Shown piece by piece: positions 48,293 through 61,612 of a stretch of DNA of 64,000 bases; the stretch's first letter is position 1; the number at the start of each line of letters is the position of its first letter. This DNA is from Auanema rhodensis (Eukaryota > Animalia > Nematoda). Made by a program: the position numbers and the translations under genes. Where the stretch lies: positions 5,518,001-5,582,000 of the forward strand of contig OZ059898.1 of the NCBI GenBank assembly GCA_964057225.1, written 5' to 3'. Below the pieces are notes generated by a model, which did not search any database, was not told the origin of the DNA, and saw nothing but the letters and a program-made list of their open reading frames with translations.

Positions 48293-50738
48293 TTAACGTT
48301 CTCTGATAAGCCCCTTCTCTCTTTCCACCATTTCCTTGTCAATTTGGTTTCTAAGGAACTGTTTGTAAGAGAAAATATCACCATCCCATTTTGTAATCGT
48401 CTGATGATCACAAACCCAAACTTGTTGTGCAACCTTAGAAATAAAATATTAAAAATTTAATAACTATTAGTTTTCTTCATACCTGTGATACTAGTCTGAA
48501 ATCGTGAGAAACCAAAATCATTCCTCCCGAATAGCAATTAATAGCTTCAGCCAATGCATCAATAGACTCCATATCCAAATGATTGGTAGGTTCGTCAAGA
48601 AGTAACAGATGAGGCTGTTGCCAAGCCAACCATGCGAAAGATACACGACAACGCTGACCATCAGAGAGTTGTTTCATCGGACATACCTAAACTAACAATT
48701 TAAATCATACAAAACCAAAATCATACCTGTTCTCTTCCGGTGATACCGTATCTGCCGACAATTTTTCTCATTTCTTCCTTCTCTTTTACTTCTGGGAATG
48801 AAGACATTAGAAACTCCAAGGCGGACTTCTCGAGAGGAAGCTCTTCGTGAAGATGCTGCATATAGTTCTCAATTATTTTGGCAATGAATAAATTATCTAC
48901 CTGATGATATCTGCCAATTTTAACATGAGAGTGTCTACGAATTAACCCATCGGTAGGCATAACATCTCCACACAACAACTTGAGTAAAGTAGATTTTCCA
49001 GCTCCATTTGGTCCAACCAAAGCAATTCGCGTATCGAGATCGATTCCAAAGTCGATATCATTGTAAATCCAAGGCTAAACAAAAATATCATCAATGTTTA
49101 TGATTTTTACTTTCTAACCGTTGTTTCGTTGTAGCGGAAAGATACATGTTGCACCATAATTACTGGTGGAGGAATATCACCAGCATCAAAGAAATAGAAT
49201 TGTTTAACCTGAAAACAATTTTGATGATATGTGAAGCCTGCATTTGCAGCAAACTACCGTTTCAGCCACAACTTTCTCTGTAAGACCACCTGCAATCATC
49301 TTAGCCATAGTTTTTTCTTTGGATTGAGCTTGTCTAGCGAGTTTAGCTGAACCGTGACCGAATCGAGCCACATAGTCCTGAGTAATAGCGTATAAACAAG
49401 AATAAGGAAGTAGACAATACCTTCATGTGTTGAAGCTGAGATTGTTCCCAATTATATCTTTTCATTTGATTTTCGAGCAACTCTAATCTTGTTCTTATAA
49501 ATTGATCATAATTACCCTATAATCAAATGTCATATTAGTGAATCCAATTATCATAAGGCTTACAGTATAATACACAAGCTTCTTCTGGAAAAGATGAATG
49601 ACATTTGTACATACACCATTCATAAAATCTTGTGAATGTGAGACAACCAATAATGTTCTCTTATATTTGCTTAATTCATCCTCAAGCCATACACAAGCTT
49701 CCAGATCAAGATGATTAGTAGGTTCATCAAGAAGTAGAACGGAAGGCTTCAAATACAATGCTCTAGCAAGAGCGATTCTCATTCGCCATCCTCCAGAGAA
49801 ATCTTTGCATTTCTTCAGCTGCATAGTTTTGGTGAAACCAAGACCATACAGCAACTCAGCTGCTTTTTTTTCTGCTAAATTAGCATCCATAGCATCGAGA
49901 CGATCATAAATATCCATAAGAGTTTCCTGGCTTTCTATAGGAAATGTGATTATCTTAACCAATAAAAATGATTACCATCATCATCACATCCCCCAAGCTC
50001 TTCTGCAAGTGCCTCCAGTCTCTTTCTTTCATCATCAACATCAGTAACAGCTTGTAGAGCAGTCATTTCAGTAGCAGGCATTTCTCTCGAAACCTTTAAT
50101 ATACATGTAGAGATAATACTAAAATTATTGATACCAAATACATATCCACATTTTCCGGGATTGGTAACTCATGATTGTATATAGCGTGCATCAATGTTGA
50201 TTTACCTAATACGAAATTACAAGATACAAAAGCTAGTATAAGAACAAACCGCTGCCGTTGAGACCAACGAGCCCATAACGTCTACCTCTATTTAGCTCTA
50301 ATTTCGTATCGGTAACTATTTCCCTACCGTGGAAGGTAATCTAAATAAATTAAGTAGATGAGCTGAGTTGTGTATTGTACCGTAAGTCCTTCAACTTTAT
50401 GATCTAAACCCTTAGGGTCAGAAGTCAATGCACCCGCCACTGATCTTGCTTGCGCATTTTCAAGCTCAATACGTTTCAATATTTCAGCAGCATGATCAAT
50501 AATAGCTAAAAATAAAGTTTTACCACAAACAAAACAGAGCACAAAGATGTTTTCAAAGAAAAGTGTAAAAAAAGTACGCACCATCAGGATTTTCTGTTTC
50601 TACCTGTCCATTGTCAACTTGTTTTACTTTTTCAATTACTTCTTCTTGTGGTTGCTCTTCTTTCTTACCTCCACCCCTCTTGTTCTTGGCTGCTGCTTTT
50701 TTGGCAGCATCTCTTGCCTTCTTAGCATCTGAGGGCAT
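48293..50738 (-). CDS. abcf-2: ABC-F family protein 2
   Basis: MPSDAKK start; two ABC domains ([27 protein letters not shown]; [17 protein letters not shown]); no TM segments. Confidence 0.95.
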
Positions 50739-51044
50739 CTTTAAGTTTAATGAACAAATATGTTCAAATTTATTACCTGAAACTACAGAGTTAAACAAGA
50801 AAAAAATAATTTAAATGTTTTTAAAAATCATGAAACAGTTATCCCAAAAATTAAATGTTGAAAATCTGCCAACGTTTAAATTCGCGGGGTATCGTGACTT
50901 AATGGATTCTTGGTTTTCCGCGCGGGACACCATTATGTTGAACGAGTGGAATGGTTTGGAAATATTCAAGATTCGCCGAAGAGAAGTAGTGTCTTTGCTT
51001 TTGCCGGGTCTCAGTGCGGCTCTCGTCTCGTCCTCAATTGCAAC

Positions 51045-52107
51045 ATGCCTTCTGAAAGTGGTTTCAACACCAGGAAGTTCTTCATTGATCTTGCCTCCGG
51101 AGGTAAATTTTCTTCATATTAGAAAAGATTTTTCCAAAATCTTTGTAATGTGGTGGTTTTCATGGTTATTTTTTAAGGTACTGCTGCTGCTATCTCAAAG
51201 ACTGCTGTCGCTCCAATTGAGCGTGTCAAGCTTCTCCTTCAAGTAAAGCTGTTAACATGAACAAATTTTTATAAATTTGCTTTAGGTTCAAGATGCTTCT
51301 ACTACCATTGCCGCTGATAAGCGTTACAAGGGTATCATGGATGTCTTAGTCCGTGTCCCAAAGGAGCAGGGATTCTCTGCCCTCTGGAGAGGAAACCTCG
51401 CCAATGTCATCAGATACTTCCCTACCCAAGCCTTGAACTTTGCCTTCAAGGATACCTACAAGAAGGTCTTCTTGGACGGTCTTGACAAGAAGAAGGACTT
51501 CTGGAAGTTCTTCGCTGGAAACTTGGCTTCCGGAGGAGCTGCTGGAGCTACCTCTCTCTGCTTCGTCTACCCACTTGACTTCGCCCGTACCCGTCTTGCT
51601 GCTGATGTAGGAAGCGCTAAGAACCGTGAATTCAAGGGTCTTGCCGATTGCTTGATCAAGATCGCTAAGGCTGATGGACCAATTGGACTCTACAGAGGAT
51701 TCTTCGTATCCGTCCAAGGTATCATCATTTACCGCGCTGCTTACTTCGGTATGTTCGATACCGCTAAGATGGTCTTCGCTTCCGATAAGAAGCTCAACTT
51801 CTTCGCCGCCTGGGGTATTGCTCAGGTATGTAACATAGTACATAATTCTTTTATTACCATTAAGTTTTAGGTTGTCACTGTAGGATCTGGAATTCTTTCA
51901 TACCCATGGGATACTGTTCGTCGTCGTATGATGATGCAGTCCGGACGCAAGGACGTACTCTACAAGAACACCCTCGACTGCGCCAGAAAGATCATCGCCA
52001 ACGAAGGAATGGGAGCTATGTTCAAGGGAGCCCTCTCCAACGTATTCCGTGGTACTGGAGGAGCTTTGGTTTTGGCTATCTATGATGAAATCCAAAAGTT
52101 CTTGTAA
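51045..52107 (+). CDS. ant-1.1: ADP/ATP translocase
   Basis: [18 protein letters not shown]; [23 protein letters not shown]; RRRMMM signature; strong C-ending codon bias typical of high expression. The exact paralog number is inferred from neighbourhood. Confidence 0.95.
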
Positions 52108-52340
52108 TTTTTTAACCCATTTTGAGCTGTTGTTGCAATTTCCGAGACGTTCTTATAAAAGTTTAGTTAATATCTCAAAACTGTCGATTGTATGCAGGAC
52201 ATAGGTAGATTAGGCACTTGTGCGTTTTTCTCATCTTATGTGACCTAATATAATAAACGTGCCGGTTACTGTTTTTTTTGTTTAGATTTAATTGATATTT
52301 GAAATTATTTATTTTTCAAAGAATGAGATCCATAGGTAAA

Positions 52341-53685
52341 TTAGGTTTCCACGTCCGTGAAGTATGGGTGCTTCAACGCTGTCTCTGCATCGATTCTTTC
52401 TGATGGATTGCACACGAGCAGTCTCTGAAAATATAACTTTACACAAGGGTGACGTAACGGCTCTTATCATAAACGCTTCCTTGTAAGAAAGTGTTGATAA
52501 AATGAAACAAAGCTTTAAATTTAAAAGCTTGATAAGAGGAATATTTGATGTTGAAAGTACAATGGTAGGTAGCATCGGTCTTTGACCATTTTTCCCCCAA
52601 TCCGGTTTCAATGTGTTCAAACAACTAAAGTTCACCTGTAGCAGATCTCTTCCGGTGTGCGTTAAATTTGGCACTATTTGGCCCCAGGTCATTGCAGGAT
52701 GATATAAACACATAGGCTATAAATTATTATCTAATTATCTTATTTTTTGCTGTATTTACCTTGAAATCTGGTAGCTGTGAAACCCCGGGCCAGGAGTCGT
52801 CAGTTGGCGTCCCGAGTTGTTTAAATATTCTCTTAAGCTGATCGTCTACGTCTGCACCGGGGAAAAGTGGACGACCAGCGTTAGATATTTCTAAATTTTA
52901 TTTGTGTTATCAGAGTTCGTTAAAACTTTTACCAGCAAAGATGCACCCTGCAGACCACATATCAATTGATGTATTGTATAATTTTGCTCCAAAGAGCACG
53001 TCAGGAGGACGATACCAGAGGGTAACGACCTAAAAATTCGCTTTCATAGTTATGATGAGATAAACTAGTAAAATACTTCTGCACTGTAAAACCTTGCTGG
53101 AACCCCAAACGCTCTTGCTAAACCGAAATCAGCTAACTTCAACTGGTTGTTACTATTAATAAGTAAATTTTGAGGTTTTAGATCACGGTGTAAAACATGA
53201 TGTTGGTGACAATAAGACAAACCACATAAGAGTTGCATCATTAAAGATTTGGCTTGCTGAATATAACACAACATTGTAGATAACTCGTAAACGGATACCT
53301 GTTCATCTATATGACCATTGCATGAATCGAAAAACTTTTTCAAATCTTGGTCACAATATTCAAAAACTAATGTCAACTTGTTTTCTGAATGAACTACATC
53401 GTACAGTCTCACAACATTTTTATGTTTCAATTCGCGAAGGATGCAAACTTCTCTTAATGCCGAACTGGGTACCCCCTAAAAACAAAATAAAAGAATTAAA
53501 AAAATAAATAAATAAACTTCGTCATCGTCGTCAAGTCGAACTCTTTTAAGGGCAACAACTTCTCCTGTTTCTTTATTTCTAGCTTTAAACACAGTCCCGT
53601 AAGTACCTAGAAGCTTCCGCTAATATGATATAGCTAAAGTATACGTACCTTCTCCAATTTTCTCCAAATTTAAAAACTTCTGCAT
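52341..53685 (-). CDS. cdk-5: Cyclin-dependent kinase 5
   Basis: GEGTYG; [14 protein letters not shown]; [12 protein letters not shown]; [19 protein letters not shown]. Confidence 0.96.
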
Positions 53686-54023
53686 TTTTTTACCTAAATC
53701 CCATTAACTTGCACAAACTAAACGTGAATTCGTATAGAATAAATTAGGAATTGAGTATTGAGGCTTTATTCAGATGACCTTTATATGGTAAGAAAAATTA
53801 AATCCTCCGATGTGTACAAAGAACGCGTAAACAACGGTCCGTTTTACATAAATCCTTATTAGTATAATTTCACATAAAACGTGATTGAAAGTGACCACTG
53901 TTTTTGTTGATATTTGAGTATAAATTTGTATTCACCATATAACTTTCGGTGTCAATTTTTGTAATGTTCTCTTAGTAGTCTCTTAGTCTCCCGGCAGGAA
54001 GTATAATTTTCTAGGATAGCAAA

Positions 54024-55096
54024 ATGTCGGGAATTGTTTTGCAAAATCTTAATAGTCGTACACTTCAAGCAGGTTCGGATTCTTTAGCAATGTCTGAATA
54101 AAAATAATGTCTAGGTGATCCTAAGCCTTCACCTGTAGAAGCCGGAGTACTTCGGATATACAGTATGCGTTTCTGTCCTTGGGCTCAACGCGTTCTAATA
54201 TATTTAGCTAAACACGGCATTCGGTTAGCAATTATAAATCAATGAACCATTCTTTATACATAGGGCAACATAAGCTTAAATTAAAGTTATTAATATTTCC
54301 AATATATATGTTAAACTCTTATAGTTCTGAAGTTGTGAACATTCACTTGAAGAAAAAACCTGAATGGTATTTTTTAATTCATCCCGATGGCAAAGTTCCA
54401 GCAATTGAGTATAACGGCGAAGTCCCTGAAACTTCAACTTTCCCGTACATGAATTGTATATCTATAGATAGTTTTGGAATCAAGTCTCATACCTGAGTTT
54501 TTGGACGATGTTTTTCTGGACACGCGAATCTTACCGGTTAATGCTTATGGTAAATATAGGCAGAAATTAATTCTTGAACGATTATCAGATGTTTGTTTGA
54601 ATATTCTGATTTATAGTGTAATAATATTCAGATATCTTCTGCTTTGAATGGATTAATGATTGCCGCAAATAATTCAGCTGTGAAAGTTGAGAAATACGCT
54701 CATCTGGAAAAGTTTATGAATACAGCTGAGGCGCTATTATGCGATACTTTTTTTGGAGGTTTATCAGTGATGTAATGTTAATACGTTGTTTTTCATCTTC
54801 AGGCGATATAGTTGGCTTTGCTGATTATATGGTTTTCCCTCTGTTTGAAAAAATTCATTCTGCAACTATGCTAGGCGCTTCGCCATTATCATCAAACCTT
54901 TTCCCCGGTGTTGAATATCCTAAGATTTCTGCTTGGTATTCAACAATGGCTAAACTGCCAGAGGTGAACTAAGGAACTGCATTGTCTAACATCAACACAA
55001 TTTAAGATTGTCGGCGCTGTTCAATCAAGCGAGCATGATTGTTCTTTTGTGAAGTCTGTGATTTTTGGGACCCCTGAATACGATACGGGCTGTTAA
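54024..55096 (+). CDS. Omega-class glutathione transferase
   Basis: RIYSMRFCPWAQR active-site motif; KPEWY..HPDGKVP; ESSLIPEFLDD; GFADYMVFP. Confidence 0.9.
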
Positions 55097-55603
55097 TAAA
55101 GCAATCAAATCATAGCCATGCTATAGCTGTCACAGGTTTAGTTTTAGACGGTTTTGTCTATATTAGCAATTTGTTTTCTTTTACATCCCAATTCTGATGT
55201 ATTAAATAAATTATTAACGAATATTTTTAGTTTATCGGATATGATAGAAAATGCCTGATAAATGTGTTAATATATTATATTAAGTTAAATTTATGGAATT
55301 AATTTTTATAATATATTTCGTGGAAAAAGTATCATGATACAGTGTTGAATTTTATATTTTTGAAGTAATTAAAATTTCTCCAAGTGTTTCAATAATGTTT
55401 CTCTACTTCAATTCAAGTTAATTTCTGTCTTCAAGTGATGTTCCTTTCCGGAATCCAAGTTTATCAAACTGTATTATAAAGAATGAAGTGTCAAGTGGAA
55501 GGTGGAGTGCGTTTGACTGACGTTGTTATCCGCTTCTAAAACGGATACTAAAGATTGTAAATGAAAATTTTGATTTGAAATCATGTGTACCAACGTTGAA
55601 AAC

Positions 55604-57194
55604 ATGCATTTGCTACTTAATTCAATTCTGGTGTTACTATTACTTTTACATATAACTTCAGCCTGCATGGCTACTGATGGGTTAGTTAAAACATTTCATA
55701 TACATAATTTCCATGAAGTTATATTGATTTTACATATTAAGAGCATAACAGTCTTGTGAGAGATTTTGAAACTTCAGCCATGTGCTCAACTATCTACTAG
55801 TAGACAGCTGTTCAGTGTTTTTCATATTTTCCTAGTAATAGCAGCTATAGCTACGTTCCCAAAGCAAAACGTATTGGTTATGTTCAGTATTCAGAGAAAT
55901 ATGCTCATCAACGAGAACTTAAAGCTTCTGTTGTTTTTTTTGTGCTATGTATTCTCAAACAAATTCATAGTTCGATAATGAAAGTTTGGCATTCGAGGGG
56001 GTGAGGGGAGAAAGTATTAAATTAAAATGTACGAGCAGGATTTAGATTTTATGAGTAATAATATAAATATAATGCCTATATAATTGTTAAAATAACAACT
56101 TCACCAGTCGTTTCTATTGAAACAACATCAATTCTGATATCGATAATTCGTACAAGCAGTTCATCTTCAAAGACAACACCTAATATCCTACATTAATCCC
56201 AAAAACAAAAGCAGTAAAATATACACAGAAAACTTTCAGAACCTATCCGTCAACGACAACGCCAGCTACTACGACAACCACGACGACGCCAACTACTACA
56301 ACGACTACGACCACGCCAACTACTACTACGACCACGCCAACTACTACAACGACTACCACCACACCAACTACCACAACGACTACGACTACACCAACTACTA
56401 CAACGACAACGACGACGCCAACTACTACAACGACTACGACGACGCCAACTACCACAACGACAACGACGACACCAACTACTACAACAACTACGACGACGCC
56501 AACTACCACAACGACAACGACGACACCAACTACTACAACAACTACGACGACGCCAACTACTACAACGACTACGACGACGCCAACTACCACAACAACTACG
56601 ACGACGCCTACTACCACAACAACTACGACGACGCCAACTACTACAACAACTACGACGACGCCTACTACCACAACAACTACGACGACGCCAACTACTACAA
56701 CAACCACAACAACGTAAAGTTTATATTGGGTTTCTTTAATAATTTATCGATTATTTTAGAACAACAACTACAACTAAGCCAAGGGCAGGTTAGAATAAAA
56801 TCAATTTTATTAAAATTAAGCTGTTTGAGTATTTTTTTAGATTGCACGTCTTGTCCAGACCTTGCTCAAAGCCCAATTTCAGCAGTTCCAGGAAGTAGAG
56901 ATGGAAGAATAGAGATTCAATATGATTTGTCATCAGGATGTCGAACAGCGACATATATATGCTATGCTGATGGTAACTTAGAAACCGTCGTCATCATAGA
57001 AACAGTAAGTTGGTGCGGATATAAAAAGCTATTTAATATTGTAGGATGCGGGTCCATTTTACTTAAATGGTGGATGTTCTTCTGCTGCGTTACCACCAGG
57101 ATTACTAAGTTGTAATGCGAACGGGGAATGGGTATTCGCTCTTACAGGAGAACTTAATCCTCGTTTGCAATGTAGTGTTGCCGGAGGATGTTAG
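55604..57194 (+). CDS. Secreted mucin-like protein with Thr-rich stalk and C-terminal nematode C6-type domain
   Basis: Signal peptide MHLLLNSILVLLLLLHITSA-CMAT; intron 55681-56239; (PT8)n exon; then CTSC..GCRTATYIC..LSCNANGEW..LQC. Confidence 0.8.
56262..56713 (+). repeat. Coding 27-bp tandem repeat (Pro-Thr8), ~17 units
   Basis: Units such as ccaactactacaacgactacgacgacg read directly; one unit is shortened to 21 bp. Confidence 0.95.
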
Positions 57195-57481
57195 AAATAA
57201 GAAAACATACAGCAGAAGCTGCAGCTTCATAATGAACTCAAATTATATAAACATATATTATGACTTATCTGCTCAACATATGCTGTAATTATAAGATTAA
57301 CAATTTAGAACTTTTAATTTCTAAATTCAAAGCTTAAAGCAAATGATAACTTTAAATATGCTGTAAGATTGAATATATATTAAGGAAAAGCTGACACTTT
57401 TTATTGTTTGAATGTTATAATAAATATTTACAATTGTTCATAGTATTGTTGAATAAAAAACATAAGTTTTAAGCTGTACGC

Positions 57482-58745
57482 TCAACCACAAATATCTGTT
57501 GATGCAATACATGGTTTGTTACCAGGCGTTAAATAAAGTATTGGTCGATGTCCTTGACATACCTGAAATAAAATGAATTCATGTCAACAAATTTCCTAAC
57601 TTTTAACTGACACAAAGTCTAAATGCATCAACGGATGCTGCAAGAGCTGGAGATGGAGATAAAGGTAATGATTTTGTTGAAGAGCCAATTTTCACTTGTC
57701 CATGTAGACGAATAGAGCCATCTCTCTTCATAAGATTATTATAGCACAGTACTATGAAAAATCAATTACCGATGTATTAAGAGCAAGTTGAGTCTGTGCT
57801 CGTATGAGTGTTCTTCTGCCTTCCATTCGTATACCTTCATTACCACGTAGTGATAAGTTTTCAACAGATATTTTCAGATCTTCATCTATTGGAGCTCTTA
57901 TCTTAAATATATATTTTAATATTATATTTAATTAAAATTTGACTTTATTTGTTATAATCTTTTTTGTTGATATTTTTTTGATGCGCTCATCAATGCGTAT
58001 CATTGGATTTTGTGCACTAAATATGGTTCGGTTAGTTGATGGCAGTAGTACCTAAACTTTTACTTGTTATACAAGTATAATATAATCATTAAATTACCTG
58101 AAACTCTTCAACATTCTGATACTTACAGCTGTTATCTTGTAATATAAATTTTGAACTGTCTTCTTCACCCGATACCAACAACTGCAAAAAACAATATGGA
58201 CATTAAAAAAATCAAGCTCTAACCCTTGAACCAGATATGACAATATTTTCATCTGGGTATCCCACAACTTGTCCATTAGATATTAATGTTCCAAGATCAA
58301 TTTCATTTCCATTAAACTCTACAACCTAGAAAAGTGAGTTGGGTTAGTAGAGCAACATTTAAAATGATTTACTTTATCAATATCTCCAGTTTTTTTATCT
58401 AATACTGTATGGAATCTTAAAAATTTCATTCCATGATGATCCATTTGTAATGAAACGATTAGCATTATATTCATCTAAATGATAATAAAATGTAATTTTG
58501 AAGCAATAGTTATGAATATACATACAATTAAAAGAAAAACTGCCAAAAAAGCTAAAATCAGCAGGCATATAACCAATGCAACAAGTGGTTTTTCTCGTAA
58601 TCCTGCTACCTAAAATTTGTGATTTGTATTATTATTGTGTATGTTACTAAAAGCTAATAACCTCTATTGAATTTTGACGACTTCTATCTGAAATAGAAGG
58701 AAAAGTGGATTCCGATCCCGAACGGATATAGGCCGGTTGTGTCAT
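57482..58745 (-). CDS. sgcb-1: Beta-sarcoglycan
   Basis: AGLREK followed by a type II TM; MKFLRFH; IRAPIDEDL; LRGNEGI; C-terminal RLCVC..PC..C. Confidence 0.85.
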
Positions 58746-59283
58746 CACAGAATATAGTTATTGAAAAGTATATATAAAATATTATAGGTAATAACTTGTA
58801 CGTAAGTTCTTCAAAGCTAAAATTCAGTTTGATTGGTAAAGATCAATATATTGGTCTGACCGCATTAAATGTGTAACAATACTAGCAGCTGGTAATGAGT
58901 GCTTCAGAGCTGTATTTGTGAAAACTACATATTTATTTCCAACATCAGTTACACACTTCGGATAATATGTAAATTTATAAAATAATATATATCAACAAAT
59001 TTGAGCTTTTATCTTATTTTAATTTAAAATATTGTATAACATACATATAGAATATACAATTATGACAAAATAATGTCAAACGTTTTCATCAATCGGTATT
59101 GAGTACTAGAAACAAGTTCGTAAATAATGTGTAATAAAATATTTTAGAAAATAAAATTCAGAAAAATTAAAGTTTATGCTTTTTCCTTCCAAAAGCTGAG
59201 ATTTGGAGACTTTTGATGAAAGGTACTTAGTGATCTTGAGATAAATTGAGAGGAAATTTATATAATTGACAACTTTATAATTC

Positions 59284-60086
59284 TTAATGATGAATTCCTT
59301 TGTCATATTTTGGTCCACGTCGTGACAAGATCTTCTCATTGATGATTGTTAAAGAGAACATTCCAGCAATTCCCAAGAAACATCCAGTAATTACACCAGC
59401 AATAGCCTAAAGTACAAAATATATATTTGTTATTGTTCTTGTAAGCCTACAGCAAGCCATCCAAATCGTTCTCCAGTTTCAATGATCGTACGTTGTGAAA
59501 TTGTTCCACCAATACCAATAATAATTAACCATCCCATGATTCCCGCAGTACAAAGAACAATTTCCTGAATTGAACATTATAATAAATATAAATGGATCAA
59601 AATCTTACAGAAAGAGCCACATTGGTAAGTGGTGTGTCATCTCCACGTTTAGACAGTAAGAAATAGCTTATAACACTAGCAATACAATAGAGAAGTGTTA
59701 ACGCAGATACGATATAGATTAGAACTATTTCATAGTTGATGGAAATATAAGCTGTCACATAGGTTGGATCAAGAAGAATCAAGACAGCAATTGTTAAAAG
59801 CTGAAATATATATACATAATTATATGATATATCCAATTGTTATTATTTTATGTATAATATTTATATATTCAAGTAGTAGCCCGTCGTAGGTTCGCAAGAA
59901 ATGATGTTAAGCGGAAACCTTATGCAAACATTCCTTGTTTATTTACTTATTCAAGGTTACGAAAGAATCGATTTTTTAAAATCTTCTACTAATTGTAATT
60001 GTATTTTATATAATATATATAGTTTTACTTACGACAATGACGACTTTAATAAGTGCACATAGGAATAGCTGCTTCGGAAATGCCAT
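59284..60086 (-). CDS. Small four-TM (MARVEL-like) membrane protein
   Basis: Four in-frame exons, MAFPKQLFLCALIKVVIV|LLTIAVLILLDPTY..GERFGWLA|AIAGVITGCFL..HH*, with four hydrophobic helices. Confidence 0.75.
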
Positions 60087-61278
60087 TACCTAAAATAAAT
60101 GAAAAAATAGTGATGGCTTGATGGAAAAAAGTAAAAATTCTCAGAAAAACATTAATATATTGTAGAATTGAAAATAAATAGGTTCAATTAGATAATATGA
60201 AGTACTATTCATGAGTACGCTTAACAAATGAGAAAATGTTGTAACGACCACATATGATGATAAAATTCACAAATATTCATGTGGGTGAGTAATAATAAAC
60301 ATAAGAATAGAAGGAAGGAATGATTCATATTTTCAATCGATCTTATCAGTCAAATACAAATGTACAGTTTATATATGGTATTGAATATGAAATGCAGCGA
60401 CATGCAAAAGCATTCTCACACTTTGATTGCTATTATCTTTCCGTGATTACAATCAATAAAAGAGCATTAGAACATTAGATAATATCATGAAAAATACAAT
60501 AAAGATTGAAAAAATTACAAAAAAAAAACATAAATTTGTCTGATATTTATTACTAACATCATAACAGTTTAGTTAGCTGCCAGACTAATTCAATAGTTTA
60601 TAATTTCTAGAGAATATTATCAATAAATGTTTAAAGATAGAAAAATGAATTAGAAGATATACTATAGTGATGGTACTTTTCAGAAATGATCATAGGTATG
60701 GAAATAGAATAGGAACAGCCTTAGGTGATTGTACAGCTGAAGTCTTTACAGATGTGAACGAAAGGAAATTCAATCATAGTGGTCAAAACGGCAGAGAAAG
60801 AGAAACTGATGCAGAGAGGAGAAAAGGTAAGTGAGAGGAAGAGAGTCAGGAAGAGAGAAAGCAGAAGAGAACCTCTGTATGTACGTTGAGTTTGTGTGTA
60901 TTGTACGGACTATGCATCTGACTTATTCCCCCCGTGGTCGATGAGCAAACAGTCTTCTTATCTTACCGTCTGTAATCTCATACATGCATACTATATTTCT
61001 ACTATGTCTCAAAAGAATTTCCCGCACACTGAAAGGGCCCTCTTCCACTCTCGTCTTCAAGTCAACCGTGCTTGCATAACATTCAATATCTCTTGTTATA
61101 TATTTATATTTCAATACATGAATGAGACAGTAGAAAATAAGGAGAGTCAAGAGAAAAAGAGAGCGAGGGAGGTTCAAACATGAAGGCAAAGGACACCCAT
61201 TTTTATCAAGAAAATGATTCATATGTGTGGGAACCTAGTCTACGAGAATATACATATACATATATTGCATGGAAATCC

Positions 61279-61282
<4 letters not shown>

Positions 61283-61348
<66 letters not shown>
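61283..61348. repeat. (TA)n microsatellite, resuming at 61613-61626 after the insertion
   Basis: Read directly. Confidence 0.97.
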
Positions 61349-61353
<5 letters not shown>

Positions 61354-61612
61354 GTTGGGCACGACTCCAAAGTCGAATTTTGATTATCGACTGGAGTCGA
61401 AAGTCGACCAAGTCGAAATTCGAAATTTTTTTATATTGCTCAAGTCGACTAAGTCGAAAGTCGATAATTTTTGAATTTGATAATCGACTAAAGTCAAAAA
61501 TCGATAATTTTTTAAATTTCATAATCGACTATAGTCAATATTCGTAAACAAGCAATACTTTAAAGTCGACCACAGTCGCAGTCGAAAATTTTGGAATTTT
61601 GCCCAACTTTAA
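61349..61612. mobile_element. Non-autonomous DNA transposon (MITE) inserted in a TA tract
   Basis: Perfect 13-bp terminal inverted repeat TTAAAGTTGGGCA (61349-61361) / TGCCCAACTTTAA (61600-61612); interior packed with (A)GTCGA motifs; (TA)n on both sides. Confidence 0.85.

Noticed and set aside
51346-52095. Long antisense ORFs opposite ANT
   Set aside because: Explained by the strong codon bias of the ANT gene.
56243-56707. 154-aa poly-Val/Gly ORF on the minus strand
   Set aside because: Antisense shadow of the Pro-Thr8 exon; splice sites and the signal peptide support the + strand.
60790-60870. GA-rich tract
   Set aside because: Low-complexity sequence without a defined unit; no specific function can be supported.
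61180-61474. YIYIYI-containing ORFs
   Set aside because: Translation of the (TA)n tract and the MITE.
61349-61612. Spaced GTCGA repeats as a CRISPR-like array
   Set aside because: Eukaryotic context, irregular short motifs and flanking TIRs indicate transposon subterminal repeats.
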